DNA of 64,000 nt, from contig OZ244197.1 in assembly GCA_965216785.1 (NCBI GenBank), positions 1,344,001 through 1,408,000 on the forward strand. Direction: 5' to 3'. Source of the DNA: Thermodesulfobacteriota bacterium. GTDB lineage: Bacteria > Desulfobacterota_D > UBA1144 > Nemesobacterales > UBA2774. Under the pieces are notes generated by a model that did not search any database, was not told the origin of the DNA, and saw only the letters and a program-made list of their open reading frames with translations. The number at the start of each line of letters is the position of its first letter. Positions within the stretch are counted from its first letter, which is position 1. Positions 62,851 to 64,000 of the stretch are shown here, piece after piece. The position numbers and the translations under genes are program-made.

Positions 62851-64000
62851 ATGTCTTCAGATTGGAAAATCGCATTTAAAGACAAGCTGCTCGCCATACT
62901 CGGCGCTAAGGGAGTGATATTCGCGGATGACGAGCTCATAGCTTACGAGTGCGACGCCCTCACGGGCCATAGAGTAAAACCCGTTTTCGTAGTGCTCCCT
63001 GAAACCGCGGAGCAAGTCTCCCGCGTGGTCAGGGAATGTTACGAGCACAACGTCCCTTACGTCCCTAGGGGGGCCGGTACAGGGCTTTCTGGCGGGGCTC
63101 TCCCGACAGAGGAAGGCATTGTAATCTCGCTTTCACGCATGAATAAGATAGTTGAAGTCGATATCCCAAATGAGCGAGTCGTAGTCGAGCCGGGCGTAGT
63201 TAACCTCTCTGTAACGGATGCCGTAAGCACTGAGGGCTATTACTATGCGCCGGATCCTTCGAGCCAGATAGTGTGCACCATCGGAGGGAACGTAGCCGAG
63301 AACTCAGGAGGGGTGCACTGTCTTAAATACGGCGTCACCTCAAACCACGTGCTCGGGCTAGAGGTAGTGCTTCCCGACGGAGAGATAGTCGAGCTGGGGG
63401 GTAAGAGCGCGGATCACCCGGGGTATGATCTCATCGGGCTTGTGGTCGGCTCTGAAGGGCTTCTCGGCATTGTAACCAAGGTAGTCCTCAAAATAGTACG
63501 TAAACCCGAGACGGTGAAGACTCTATTCGCTACTTTTGACAGGATCGAAGACGCGGGCGCTTCTGTTTCAGGGATTACCGCAAGGGGCGTTATCCCAGCC
63601 GGAATGGAGATTATGGATAACCTCTGTATACGCTCGGTGGAGGAGGCAATTGGCTGTGGTTACCCGGTGGACGCGGGCGCAATATTACTTGTAGAGCTCG
63701 ACGGGCCTGAGGCCGAGGTCACGGCGCAGATGCCCATCGTGCAGAGCGTACTTAAAGAGCACAACGCTAAAGAGATTAAAATTGCCAGGGATTCAAATGA
63801 GAGAGACCTTTTTTGGAAGGGTAGAAAGAACGCCTTTCCCGCTATGGGCCGCATAAGCTCTGATTACTACGTACAGGACGGAGTTATCCCAAGGAGTAAG
63901 CTTGCGGAGGTGCTGGGCAGGGTAGGTGAGCTGAGCAAAAAGTACGGGCTCAGGGTGGCAAACGTGTTCCACGCGGGAGACGGCAACCTCCACCCGCTTG
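62851..64000 (+). CDS. glcD: FAD-linked glycolate oxidase subunit GlcD-like (partial, runs off right edge)
   Basis: Manual translation from ATG 62851: AYECDA, PRGAGTGLSGG, YAPDPSSQ..CTIGGN.AENSGG.HCLKYG, FHAGDGNLHP. Confidence 0.88.
   Translation, partial: MSSDWKIAFKDKLLAILGAKGVIFADDELIAYECDALTGHRVKPVFVVLPETAEQVSRVVRECYEHNVPYVPRGAGTGLSGGALPTEEGIVISLSRMNKIVEVDIPNERVVVEPGVVNLSVTDAVSTEGYYYAPDPSSQIVCTIGGNVAENSGGVHCLKYGVTSNHVLGLEVVLPDGEIVELGGKSADHPGYDLIGLVVGSEGLLGIVTKVVLKIVRKPETVKTLFATFDRIEDAGASVSGITARGVIPAGMEIMDNLCIRSVEEAIGCGYPVDAGAILLVELDGPEAEVTAQMPIVQSVLKEHNAKEIKIARDSNERDLFWKGRKNAFPAMGRISSDYYVQDGVIPRSKLAEVLGRVGELSKKYGLRVANVFHAGDGNLHPL

Overview
This 64-kb window is bacterial chromosome. Three IPTL-CTERM surface proteins, the gene set and a deep-branching 16S suggest Candidatus Dadabacteria / Desulfobacterota_D; this is an inference, not a database result. 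Housekeeping content: moeB, an rRNA operon (16S, tRNA-Ile, tRNA-Ala, 23S) with no linked 5S, ald, bamD, two dksA paralogues, prmA, mtnA, an NSS transporter plus a small subunit, panBCD behind a pan RNA motif, fbp, a polyprenyl synthase, rimI, two-subunit methylmalonyl-CoA mutase, queCE, rplM-rpsI-ino1 and glcD. The strongest candidate for an undescribed system is the accessory region at about 33-46.6 kb, around tRNA-Cys and tRNA-Leu. There a TetR operator covers the promoter of a sensor-less sigma-54 activator. Three sigma-54 promoters with a shared upstream motif precede an ECF sigma factor, a hydrolase pair and a cupin-YHS-DUF4142-cupredoxin operon. Next to these lie two cytochrome P460 genes and a Cys-rich 17-residue repeat protein. 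Other observations: several gene blocks flanked by degenerate direct repeats with no integrase, archaeal-type compensatory base pairs in the 16S, a TauD-carrier protein-GNAT cluster, a cytidylyltransferase/CDP-alcohol transferase/AspH-like operon with a uORF, an S8-polyproline-CAP protein, and many apparently leaderless housekeeping genes. All product calls come from motif recognition by eye.
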